Part shown: piece by piece, positions 1 through 11,780 of the stretch | How the letters are laid out: each line of letters opens with the position of its first letter | Position numbering within the stretch: position 1 is the stretch's first letter | Assembly (NCBI RefSeq): GCF_006345805.1 | Contig: NC_043008.1 | Coordinates: 37,696,001 to 37,760,000, forward strand | From: Octopus sinensis | Lineage: Eukaryota | Direction of reading: 5' to 3' | Length of the DNA stretch: 64,000 nt | Position numbers and translations under genes: made by a program | The notes under the pieces: model-generated | What the model was told of the DNA's origin: nothing | The model's input: only the letters and a program-made list of their open reading frames with translations | The model's database searches: none

Positions 1-42
1 GTGTGCACACGCACAAACATTCACACACATGTATGCGCACAT

Positions 43-76
<34 letters not shown>

Positions 77-350
77 CATACGCATACGTATATATACATA
101 CACATATATATATATACATATATATATACATACATATATAAAAACATACATGCAAATATATATATACATACACACATATATATATATATATATATACATA
201 TGTACATGCAAATATATATATACATACACATATATATATATATATATATAATATATATATACACACATATATTCATATAGCTATCTATCTTTATATATAT
301 ATATATATAATATATATATATATATAATATATATATATATATACATAAAT
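1..350. repeat. Compound (CA)n/(TA)n microsatellite
   Basis: Direct reading; source of the YI/HT-rich ORFs in the track. Confidence 0.95.
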
Positions 351-1363
351 ACATACATAAATGCTTATTTTTATATATGCAATTAACTATCTTTGTGAAT
401 ATGAGTTCTGGCATGTGTGCATCTTCCAATTTGAAGAAGTAAATTAAATAAACAAGAGCTTAGCCCTTGGCCAAATGTAAAATTAGTTATTTTCAATAAA
501 CTACCAAAATACAAGGGGTGGGGGCATTAAACCTTTTATTTATCCTTTATGGACATCAGAAGCTGAATTATATGTGTTCAGTGCCATTGACCTCATTCTT
601 AGATATCTTTATAAATACCTTTCTTCAAGTGTACTTCAAGAACTGCAAGACATTCTCAAAAAGCTTTTAATATGATGCATCATAATTATTGAAATCTCTA
701 TCTGATTAATAAACTGTGATTGCTGTATATGCATTTAGGCATCGTAGCTATAGAATTTCTGATAATATACTGTGTGAACCTTATGAATTCCTGCTTTGTT
801 GACTGTTGTAAAGAAAATTGTAGCTGCCCCTTTTTAATAACAGTATTGTTTAGACCCCATAGAATTTCTGAGTTATTAGAATTATTATTATTTGTTTATT
901 CATTTAAAGTCCATTTTTTTCCATGCTACCATGGATTTAGATGTTGAGTTAGTTATATGGGGCACGATTTTATGACCAAATATTATTTCTGCTAGCAACA
1001 CCTACCTATTTCAAGTAAGGTTTTCTTGTATTCGAGAGATCTTAGAAAGTACAGTGACTGGTCAAAATATTGACAAGAAATTCAGCAACAGAACCATTTT
1101 GGTCAACAGGAAAAAAAAAGCATGGAATATCAACATTCATGTACCCGCACAATTATAATCCCCCATACACATACCTATATATACAAATGTATACTTATGA
1201 TGGCCTTTCTTGTTGTAGATAACAGATGGAGAGTTCCAGATTTTTTTGCTAAACAATGTGTGTGAAAATAAATGTTTGTGCTGTGCGTTATCTCACTCTC
1301 TCCCCAAAATTGACATTGTTAGTACAGGTGCACAAGTGTGCAACACATCAGATGTCAAAGTGA

Positions 1364-1549
1364 TTGCAAGGCTATGAATTCATATTCATGTCAATGGTAA
1401 TTGGAGCACTAGGTTCTGTTAGTAAATGCTTAAAGGATAAACTGGGATTTTCAGAAAAAGAAATTGACTGGCTAATACATACATTACAAGTGCAATCTGT
1501 TAATGAAACAGTAAAAATATACAAGACTTTTCTCAGGTTCCAAATGTGA
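1364..1549 (+). mobile_element. C-terminal remnant of an RLE-type (R2/NeSL/R4-like) non-LTR retrotransposon ORF
   Basis: Translation YEFIFMSMVIGALGSVSKCLKDKLGF...LQVQSVNETVKIYKTFL resembles the 'P++IGALG...LQ..++.GT.KI.K.FL' end of restriction-like endonuclease LINEs; upstream sequence is degenerate. Confidence 0.65.
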
Positions 1550-4249
1550 ATTTGTCTGTGTTGACAACATCCTAAAGATGGAACCTTGTATCTTTGTTGG
1601 AGACTAGCTTCCTCCTCTTTGCTCTAATGGCCTTGTCTACCATATTATTCCACCACCACATTACTCTAGGTTTGGAAGGGACTTTGCATCAGTTGCAGAT
1701 TTGGTCTGTGGCACTCAGTAAGCTGTCCCATAGGAATTTCCAGTTACCCTCCATGTCCAATGTCTTTAACTCCTTCTCCTCCTTATCAAATTTCCTCCTT
1801 ACCCTTATCTTCCTCTTATTTCTCCTCCTCCTTCCTCTCTTGCTGTTTCTTCTCATCATTTTATGTCTGCTTTCTGTTAGGTTAATCAACTACAGAAAGA
1901 CTCCTCCAATGGCTCACATCACGAAGATATTTTGAGAGCTATGCAATTTGTTTAGGGATAGATTTTGTGAGTGTTTGGATAAAAGTTGCCTTTTTATATC
2001 TTACAAATTTCCTTCAAGCAATCTGGCTGAATAACATGCATCAAATATAAACAAGAAACTAAGCCAGTTGAATAAGCTGTTAGGCAAAACTTAAAGGCTC
2101 AATCAACACAAATCTTACAATAAATTCATCTATCCCTTGCCCTCAGTATCAAGTCTCTTCATACATTTAAAATAATCTTCATTTAATATTTGTTGCATGA
2201 ATTCAGCATTAGATTCTTTTATTTACTTAGTTTGAAATTATTATTTACACAATACTCTTACACATCTCTTATAATTCCATTTACAATGGTTTATTAAGAG
2301 TTATTAAATCAATCTCAGTACTTGCCTGCTTTTGGTAATTTTGGGACAGCGAAAGGCAAATATTTAACTCATCAGGATTTGAACTCAAAATATATAAAGG
2401 AAGTGACCGAACATTACCGAAATTTTGTTTGATGCTCAAACACGTCTGCCTTTGTACCAAGTTCCTGATTACACAACTAATTTACTGTCAAAGTCTATTC
2501 AACAGAATTATAAACAGATTCAGGTTTTTAAACAGAATCTTCATGGTTCGATGTTATTTTCTATTACAAAAGTGTCTATTATTTGTGATAAACACAAGAT
2601 TAATTGTTGATCAAGTTTGTTGGTTTATGTGGCAGTAGTTGTGTACCAAGTCTACATTTTTACAGAAGACAATTTGTCTGGTACGAAAATTTGTCATCAT
2701 GCTTGTGTAAAAAAAAAAAGCATTGCAAAAAAAAAACGGAATCAGTATTTTTATGACTGTTTGTACTTTAAATAAGTTGATTATTCCAATCTGTGCTTCT
2801 TGGTGTAATCAATTACCATTTTAAGTCTATTTGATATCATTTGACATGATCAAAACCGAAGAAGGAAAAAAAATCCAAAGACGACAACATTAGTAGTGTT
2901 AACAGGAACAGCAACAACGACAACAACATACATAGTATTTACAACAACAATATAAGTAGTTGTAACAACAACAGCAACAACAACATAAAGAAACATTCGC
3001 GATAAGTTATCACATCTTCTGGCAAAAGTCACTTAATGACAGAGATAATATCTTTAACTGTTCTGGCAGACATGTCTATTTATGCTGATGTAATTCATTA
3101 TGTAAAACATGTTTACTAAGAAATCAATGTGCTTGTGTTCGGACACTAAGACTTCCACTTATACACGTTTGTTAAAATTTGTTAGTCATATACTGATTGC
3201 TTGTGTGAACATGTGAAAAATCACCTGTTTCCATTGTTTGTTTGTCAGATTGATTCCGGTTTGGGAATTAGCATGTATCAAAAGTAAGAACACAATAGAG
3301 TGTTTAAAAGTGATATATAGAAAATTCTGAAACTGGTGTCTAAACTATGTTAACAAATAGCAATCTAGGTTGTTGCACCAGAATCTCTATACAGAATTAC
3401 TGTTTGACTAATTCCCTTACTCTCAACTTATATATCTTATTCCAAATTTATTTCCCACACCTTTGTTTTACCTTTCCATCTGCTTCTTTCTCGCTGTCTC
3501 CTTCATTTCAACTCTCTGTCAGCAAAGCAGGCACTAAAGCTTACTCCTACTCTGAGATCATCCTTGGGATCATTGTAGCTTCTGTAGCACAAGTGAAAAA
3601 TTTTATCTATGAGATGTGTCATTCTCAAATAAATCCTACTTACTTAGAGAAGATTGGAGTGGTGCTTAACATCTACTAAGATAACTAAAGCCACCGGCAT
3701 AATAAAATATACCATAAGCTCCATATACACACATGAATATACTTGAATTGTGTGTTTATAAGAAGCCTTAAGACCAAGTAACATAAATGAACAAAGAAGT
3801 CAATACTGATGTAAACATTTTATTCAAACAAATCGCGAGAGGCAGTAACTTCAAAGTTTGCCTGGTTGTTGCTTTTTTTGACAATCTGATGTTCTACTGC
3901 AGCCAAAGCTTTGAAGACAATCACCTTGCATTTTGTTTGAATAAAAATACACACAGATGTTGTATCGACTGTGCTCTTTCCAGTGTTCTTTGATGCTGAT
4001 GTCATTGGGAGGTGCTCATGATGTTGTTTCTCCTGGTTTTCTTAATTTCTGTTTGGTTCAATTTCGAAGACTAATTCTCTGTGTTCTGTGTCTTATTTTG
4101 CAAATAGCTTTTCCCCATTTTACTGTTTACCAGTTCCATGCTTCAACTAAACACCTCGCATCAGATAACTGAGAATTTCTTTGTGAATCATGGATCAAAC
4201 AGCAAAAATAACAATTAACCCTTTCATAGCTATTTTTCTGTCAAAATAC

Positions 4250-4396
4250 TCTTTTACCCTTTTACTTGTTTCAGTCATTTGACTGTGGCCAACCTGGAGC
4301 ACTGCTTTTAGTCGAGCAAATAGACCCCAGGACTTATTCTTTGTAAGCCTAGTACTTATTCTATCAGTCTCTTTTGCTGAACCGCTAAGTTACGGG
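4250..4396 (-). mobile_element. tRNA-derived SINE family A, 3' part only
   Basis: Matches the 3' half (cttttacttgtttcagtcatttgactgtggcc...) of the full copies at 5231 and 49448. Confidence 0.85.
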
Positions 4397-4424
4397 AAAG
4401 AGTATAGATTGCTGTGTGTGTCTA

Positions 4425-4474
<50 letters not shown>

Positions 4475-4487
4475 GATATATATATAT

Positions 4488-4675
4488 CATTATCACCATC
4501 ATCATTTGATGTCTGCTTTCCATGCTGGCATGGGTTGGATGGCTGACTAGGCAGAGGACTGCACTTTACTTTGCTGTCTGTTTTGGCATGGTTTTTATAG
4601 CTGGACACCCTTCCTTACACCAGTCATTCCACAGAGTGGCCTGAATGCTTTTTACATGGCATCAGTAAAGGCAAG
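4488..4675 (-). mobile_element. Short copy of the RTE 3' UTR/tail family
   Basis: catcatcatttgatgtctgctttccatgctggcatgggttgg..., homologous to 9420-9570; closely similar to 8513-8696. Confidence 0.75.
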
Positions 4676-4689
4676 GTCAGTTTTGGTGT

Positions 4690-4729
<40 letters not shown>

Positions 4730-5230
4730 CTGAAATTAGTTACAGACCTTACTCAAACCCACAACAAAATACTTCTACCACATCTGGGATATTAATTGAT
4801 AGAAGGGCAAAATATTGTACAGTGATGTTTTACATAAGATAAAGCCTGTAAGCTTTGATAAGGGGACAGGCAAGTTGCTATGATAAATAAAATCATGGCA
4901 GTTTCTTTTTCAAACTTTTGAAAGTTGCTTAATACCATCACGGAGGAAGAGGAACGATATTGAAGGAAATACTATTTTGTTCTTCAAAATGGAGGTATGA
5001 TGATTTGTGAAAATTTTACATTCGAAGGCTTGTCAGAAATGGGGATATGAAGCAGGAAATACATGGAGTAATCATCGCATGGAAAGAGTACTTCAATCAG
5101 AAACATGCAACATGTGGTGCTTTCAAACTCAAACATCAGCAGAACTTAAATGGTACTTATTTAATGGACTTTGAAAGGATAAAAACGAATGTCAACCTCA
5201 TCATGATCATCATTATCATCAACAGGCATA

Positions 5231-5610
5231 GGAGTGGCTGTGTGGTAAGTAGCTTGCTTACCAACCACATGGTTCCGGGTTCAGTCCCACTGCGTGGCAC
5301 CTTGGGCAAGTGTCTTCTACCAAAGCCTTGTGAGTGGATTTGGTAGATGGAAACTGAAAGAAGCCCATCGTATATATGTATATGTATATATGTATGTGAG
5401 TGTGTATATATTTGTGTGTCTGTGTTTGTCCCCCACCCCAACATCGCTTGACAACTGATGCTGGTGTGTTTACGTCCCCATAACATAGCAGTTCAGCAAA
5501 AGAGACCGATAGAATAAATCCTGGGGTCAATTTACTCGACTAAAGGTGGTGCTCCAGCATGGCCACAGTCAAATGACTGAAACAAGTAAAAGAGTAAAAG
5601 AGTAAAAGAG
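5231..5610 (+). mobile_element. tRNA-derived SINE family A, full length
   Basis: Head ggagtggctgtgtggtaag (A-box-like) and ggttcagtccc (B-box-like), internal TA/TG tract, (GTAAAAGA)n tail; more than 10 related copies in the window. Confidence 0.9.
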
Positions 5611-5959
5611 ATGTATCAATTTCAATAATGCTAGAGAATATGTAAAAGACATTTGCTTGACTCGCTTCTTCCTGACCAAATCTTCTTCTTCTTCACATAA
5701 AAGAAAATAGGAGCAACATGTAGTTTGGCACCTTGATCTAACAGATTATATATTTACAGCTAGAAATATCTACTCTAACACATATCCTTTCACATACTTC
5801 TATCAACGGTAGAGATCAGTGTTAAGCTGTGTGAGAGCTAATTTTCACAAACATTCACAGAACTTAAGAATTTTGTAAAAAAAATAAGATCGTATGAAAT
5901 TCTTTAGCATTCCTTGCTAAATAGTTAACATACACATACACATTAGGTAAGTAAAAAAC

Positions 5960-5996
5960 AAAAAAATATATATATGTGTGTACGTGTGTGTGTATG

Positions 5997-6031
<35 letters not shown>

Positions 6032-6136
6032 ATACATATATATATATACATATATATATATATGTATATATATGTATACACACACACACACATATATATA
6101 TATATGTATATATATATATATTTATATGTATGTATG

Positions 6137-6204
<68 letters not shown>

Positions 6205-6235
6205 TATATATATATGTATATATACATGTATATAT
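5960..6235. repeat. Compound TA/TG/CA microsatellite
   Basis: Direct reading. Confidence 0.95.
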
Positions 6236-6570
6236 TTATTTTTTGCAAGTTAAGAAAATATCTGATTTTTATTCTTATCAAACACTTCAACAACAAACTA
6301 ATTTTCAAGTTTTGATTTATAGTTGGATGACAAGAAATGTAAAATATTTTAAATATAATGTATGTATGTATGGCTCATGTAAGAGAGAGAATGTATATTG
6401 ATTGTAGAACACATTGCAGAAACCTGTTTGTGATTGTCTAACCTGCCAAAAAATAGCAGCCAAATCCCTCCATTAATATCACATTATTATGAAAATAGGA
6501 AGGGACATGCTGGATAATTTAGTCCTGCTTAGCCTATGTCTGAAAAAATGGCACTAAGGTCACAGTTGAA

Positions 6571-6792
6571 GATGGTGAGTTGGCAGAAATGTTAAGCATG
6601 CCGGGTGAAATGCTTTGTGGTATTTTGTCTGGCGTTATGTTCTGAGTTCAAATTCTGTTGAGGTCGACTTTGCCTATCATCCTTTTGGGGTCGATAAATT
6701 AAGTACCAGTTACGCCCTGGGGTCGATATAATCGACTTAATCCGTCTGTCTGTCCTCGTTTGTCTCCTCTGTGTGGGTAGTAAAGAAATAGG
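6571..6792 (+). mobile_element. tRNA-derived SINE family B
   Basis: ggtgagttggcagaaatgtta...gttctgagttcaaattc...catccttttggggtcgataaattaagtaccag...gtagtaaagaaatagg; many related copies. Confidence 0.85.
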
Positions 6793-7034
6793 TCTCAGTT
6801 GGCAAGATAAAGAAAATGGAATTAATAACAAACCTACTGGTAAGAAGTTTGCTTCTCAACCATATGGTTCTGTGTGGCACCTTGGGCAAGTGTCTTTGAT
6901 TAATAGTTCTGGACTGACCAAAAGCCATGTAAGTGGATTTGGTAGACAGAAACTATTAAAAGCCCATCATATATGTTTATATATGTATGCACATAGGGCC
7001 TCACAGAGGAAATGATGAAGACCAAGTCTTCTGA

Positions 7035-7530
7035 GATATGCTGTGACTGTGAAGACCCGACAAATGAAGTGAGTTCAAGGCTCACAGGATGGCCTACTGT
7101 GCTAACCTTGGATCGTAGAGTGACCTGCTGTTCTTGAGTAGACCTATTGAGTCAAGTACGTCAACACCAACATCAAAATAAAAATCAAATGGAAATTGTA
7201 GTTAAGATACCCATGCCGGTGACACGTTAAAAGCACCATCTGAACATGGCAGATGCCAGTGCTGCCTGACTGGCGTCCATGTTGGTGACATGTATAAGCA
7301 CCAACCGATCGTGACCATTTGCCAGCCCTTTCTGGCCCCTGTGTTGGTGGCATGTAAAAAGCACCCACTACATTCACGGACTGGTTGGTGTTAGGAAGCA
7401 CATCCAGCTGTAGAAACACTGCCAGATCAGACTGGAGCCTGGTACAGCCTCCTGGCTTTCCAGATCCCAGTTGAACCGTCCAGCCCATGCTAGCATGGAA
7501 AACAGATGTTAAACGATGATGATGATGACG
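7035..7530 (+). mobile_element. 5'-truncated RTE LINE: ORF C-terminus plus 3' UTR and (GAT)n tail
   Basis: agatatgctgtgactgtgaagacccgacaa resembles YAVREKTRQ of the 11762 ORF end; followed by the same UTR blocks and ...ccatgctagcatggaaaacagatgttaaacgatgatgatg. Confidence 0.75.
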
Positions 7531-8152
7531 ATGTGTATATATCTTTATGTTTGTGTTTGTACTCTCACCATTGCTTGACAGCCAGTGTTGGTTTGTTTAC
7601 ATCCCCATTACCTAGTGGTTTGGCAAAAGAGACCAATAGCATAAGTACCAGACTTAAAACAAGCTAAACACTTGGGTTGATTCATTTGACTAAACCCTTT
7701 AAAATGGTACCCCAACATGGCCGTAGTCCAATGAGAAAAACAAATAAAAAATAAAGAAAATAAAAGATACCTCACCACCCACTCCACTCCTAATGCTTTG
7801 TTTTATACTACCTCATTATCACTCATTCACTCTGTTTTTCTCATATAACAGATTACTTACATCCGCATACATGCACATAGATGTACTTCACTATATTGCT
7901 CTTATGCTTACTTCCTTAACATATATTCGCTCTTCTCTGCTGGAAACCACTATCCCTACTAATTTCCTGTCTGCCATTCCTGCAGGCTACATCATTGAAT
8001 CCTATTTTGCTGTGTTTTTCTTTCCAGCCTTTTTTTTCTCTTCTCCTTCCATCTTTCTTGACAAAGGACAGCTGTCCAAAACGTCATTATCTCTACCTTT
8101 CTTATACTGTGTAATTATATTCACAACATATTTTTATTTGTCCTTTTTGTAG

Positions 8153-8289
8153 CCAGATATACATTACCATGCTGATACAGACCAAAATGATATTGGATTT
8201 ACTATATGTCATATACTGGCATTTACTGACGCAGACAAACCACAACCATTCTTAAATTTTAGCTTCCATATTCAAAATACACATTTATG
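8153..8289 (+). CDS. Candidate internal exon of an unidentified host gene (PDIHYHADTDQNDIGFTICHILAFTDADKPQPFLNFSFHIQNTHL)
   Basis: Polypyrimidine tttttatttgtcctttttgtag acceptor, atg|gtaagt donor, single open frame, non-repetitive sequence. Protein not recognised. Confidence 0.35.
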
Positions 8290-8396
8290 GTAAGTAAACA
8301 TTTTACAACTAGCACCAAACTACAGTCACTAATTTTCTGGTATGTATATATCCAGTGAATGTAAGAGGTCAGTTGGCAGTCACAAGGCAGATGTGG

Positions 8397-8812
8397 TAGT
8401 GTATCCATCTCCCAGTCATTTCAACCGGTATAGTTCCTCCAAGGGCACCCTTCACTGAGTGTCAAGATGTTCACTGTGAAAGGTTAAATAATTTATTTCA
8501 CAATTATATAGTATCACCATCATCATTCGATATCTGCTTTCCATGCTGGCATGGGTTGGATGACTGACTAAGCAGAAAACTGCACCATACTTTGCTGTCT
8601 GTTTTGGCATCGTTTTTACAGCTGGACGCCCTTCCTTACACCAGTGATTCCACAGAGTGGCCTGAATGCTTTTTATGTGGCATCAGTAAAGGCAAAGTAG
8701 CGTGTCCACCTCCCAGTCATTTCAGCCAGCATGGTTCCTCCAAGGGCACCCTTCACTGAGAGTCAAGATGTTCACTGTGAAAGGTTAAATAATTTACTTC
8801 ACAGTTATATGG
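8397..8812. repeat. ~115-bp direct repeat (8397-8512 and 8697-8812) flanking an RTE-tail copy
   Basis: ctcccagtcatttca...cctccaagggcacccttcactgag.gtcaagatgttcactgtgaaaggttaaataattta present twice, 300 bp apart. Confidence 0.85.
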
Positions 8813-9580
8813 TTCAGGTTCAATCGTAATGTATGGCAGTATCTTGGACCAGTGTCTTTCACCATAACCTCAGGTCAGCCCAAGCCTTGTGATTGAACCA
8901 TGAATCAAATGGTCATGAGTCCAACATCCTGACTACAAAGCAATGTCATCATCATCATCATCATCATCATTATTGTCATTGTCATCGTTGTTGTCATTGT
9001 TTTAATGTACGTTTTCCATGATTGCATGTGTTGGACAAAGTTTACCAAGGTGTATTTTCCACAACCAGACTCCTTTCCTGTCACCAACCCTCACCTGTTT
9101 CCAAGCAAGGTAATATTTTTCCAGATGGCCAGACATGTTTCCACAGAAGACTTGAAATGATGGACATTGCTTGTATGACAATGATACTCATTTACAACTA
9201 TTACACAATGTCAAAACAAACAGACACAAATATACACACTCATACACACACACACACACACAAAAGCAAAAACACAAGCAAACAGATATATACGTATGTA
9301 TGTGTGTATATATATATATATCATCATCATCATCATCGTTTAACGTCCGTTTTCCATGCTAGCATGGAAAACGATGATGATGATATATATATATATACAC
9401 ATACATCATCATCATCATCATCATCATCATTTAACGTCCGCTTTCCATGCTAGCATGGGTTGGACGGTTCAACTGGGGTCTGGGGAGCCCGAAGGCTGCA
9501 CTAGGCCAGTCAGATCTGGCAGTGTTTCTACAGCTGGATGCCCTTCCTAACGCCAACCACTCCGAGAGTGTAGTGGGTGA

Positions 9581-9766
9581 TTTTATGTGCCACCGACACA
9601 GGTGCCAGACGAGGCTGGCGAACGGCCACGCTCGGATGGTGTTTTTATGTGCCACCGACACAGGTGCCAGACGAGGCTGGCGAACGGCCACGCTCGGATG
9701 GTGTTTTTATGTGCCACCGACACAGGTGCCAGACGAGGCTGACGAACGGCCACGATCGGATGGTGT
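9581..9766. repeat. 62-bp minisatellite, 3 copies, inside the LINE 3' UTR
   Basis: ttttatgtgccaccgacacaggtgccagacgaggctggcgaacggccacgctcggatggtg starts at 9581, 9643 and 9705. Confidence 0.95.
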
Positions 9767-11780
9767 TTCTTACGTGCCCACAGCACGGAGGCCAGTCGAT
9801 GCGGTACTGGCTACGGCCACGTTCGGATGGTTTTCTTGTGTGCCACCGGCACTGGTACCGCAAAGATACAAATTCCATTGATGTTCATCTACTTTGATTT
9901 GATTTGATTTGATTTTCACTTGCCTCAACAGGTCTTCACAAGTGTCACAAGAAGGAAGGAAGGTATGCACAGGTGAACTGACAACGTCCCAGGTAGGGCC
10001 CACGGGTTATGGCCTGACTAGTCTTGCCGGGTCTTCGGATGATGTTTTTATGTGTCTCCGACACAGGTGCCAGATGGATGGTGTTTGTTACGTGCCCACA
10101 GCACGGAGGCCAGTCGATGTGGTACTGGCTACGGCCACGTTCGGATGGTTTTCTTGTGTGCCACTGGCACTGGTACCACAAAGATACAAATTCCATTGAT
10201 GTTCATCTATTTTGATTTGATTTGATTTGATTTGATCACTTGTCTCAACAGGTCTTCACAAGTGTCACAAGAAGGAAGGTATGCACAGGTGGACTGCCTA
10301 CGTCCCAGGTAGAGGCCACGGGTTATGGCCTGACTAGTCTTGCCGGGTCTTCGGATGGTGTTTTTATGTGAAACCGACACAGGTGCCAGATGAGGCTGGC
10401 GAACGGCCACGAGCGGATGGTGTTTGTTATGAGCCCACAGCACAGAGGCCAGTCGATGCGGTACTGGCTACGGCCATGTTCGGATGGTTATCTTGTGTGC
10501 CACCGGCCCTGGTACCACAAAGATACAAATTCCATTGATGTTCATCTATTTTGATTTGTTTTGATTTGATCACTTGCCTCATCAGGTCTTCACAAGTGTC
10601 ACAAGAAGGAAGGTATGCACAGGCGGACTGACTACGTCCCAGGTAGGGGCCACGGGTTATGGCCTGACTAGTCTTGCCGGGTCTTCAGATGGTGTTTTTA
10701 TGTGCCACCGACACAGGTGCCTGATGAGGCTGGCGAACGGATATGATCAGATGGTGTTTGTTACGTGCCCACAGCACGGAGGCCAGTTGATGCGGTACTG
10801 GCTACGGCCACGTTCGGATGGTTTTCTTGTGTGCCACCGGCACTGGTACCATAAAGATACAAATTCCATTGATGTTCATCTATTTTATTTTGATTTTCAC
10901 TTTCACTTGCCTCAAAAGGTCTTCACAAGTGTCACAAGAAGGAAGGTATGCACAGGTGGACTGACTACGTCCCAGGTTGGGGCCACGGATTATGGCCTGA
11001 CTAGTCTTGCCGGGTCTTCGGATGGTGTTTTTATGTGCCACCGACACAGGTGCCTAGTCTTGCCGGGTCTTCGGATGGTGTTTTTATGTGCCACCGACAC
11101 AGGTGCCGGATGAGGCTGGCGAAAGGCCACGATCGGATGGTGTTTCTTACGTGCCCACAGCACGGAGGCCAGTCGATGCAGTACTGGCTACGGCCACGTT
11201 CGGATGGTTATCTTGTGTGCCACCGGCACTGGTACCACAAAGATACAAATTCCATTGATATTCATATATTTCGATTTGTTTTCATTTTTTTATTTTTTTT
11301 TTATTATTTTTTTTATTTTTTTATTTTGATTTTCACTTGCCTCAACAGGTCTTCACAAGTGTCACAAGAAGGGAGGTATGCACAGGTGAACTGACTACGT
11401 CCCAGTTAGGGGCCACGGGTTATGGCCTGACTAGTCTTGCCGGGTCTTTGGATGGTGTCTTTATGTGCCACCGACACAGGTGCCAGATGAGGCTGGCGAA
11501 CGGCCATGATCGGATGGTGTTTGCTATGTGCATACAGCACGGAGGCCAGTCGATGCGGTACTGGCTACGGCCACGTTCGGATGGTTTTCTTGTGTGCCAC
11601 CGGCACTGGTAACAAAGATACAAATTCCATTGATGATCATCTATTTTATTTTGATTTTCACTTTCACTTGCCTCAACAGGTCTTCACAAGTGTCACAAGA
11701 AGGAAGGTATGCACAGGTGGACTGACTACGTCCCAGGTAGGGGCCACGGGTTATGGCCTGACTACTCTTGCCGGGTCTTC
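9767..11780 (-). repeat. Six tandem ~320-430-bp units of the LINE ORF end plus proximal 3' UTR
   Basis: Marker ggtcttcacaagtgtcacaagaagg at 9931, 10251, 10585, 10918, 11348 and 11679. Confidence 0.95.

Noticed and set aside
3249-3283. Plus-strand 35-bp micro-exon (cag...gtaaga)
   Set aside because: Two frames are open, it is too short to evaluate, and no recognisable motif is present.
3545-3672. Minus-strand micro-exon pair (MLSTTPIFSK/SYNDPKDDLRVG) with a 62-nt intron
   Set aside because: Phases fit and the donors are good, but the segments are very short, no neighbouring exons or homology were recognised, and such matches are expected by chance.
3787-4172. Overlapping short ORFs in unique sequence
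   Set aside because: No recognisable motif or splice frame; possibly an ancient TE remnant but unsupported.
5231-5300. tRNA genes at SINE heads (also 29414, 30463 and others)
   Set aside because: Only A/B-box-like motifs are present with no complete cloverleaf, and each continues into a SINE body.
9581-11780. Repeat array as a CRISPR-like locus
   Set aside because: Units are wholly repeated with no unique spacers, there are no cas genes, the context is eukaryotic, and the units derive from the LINE 3' end.
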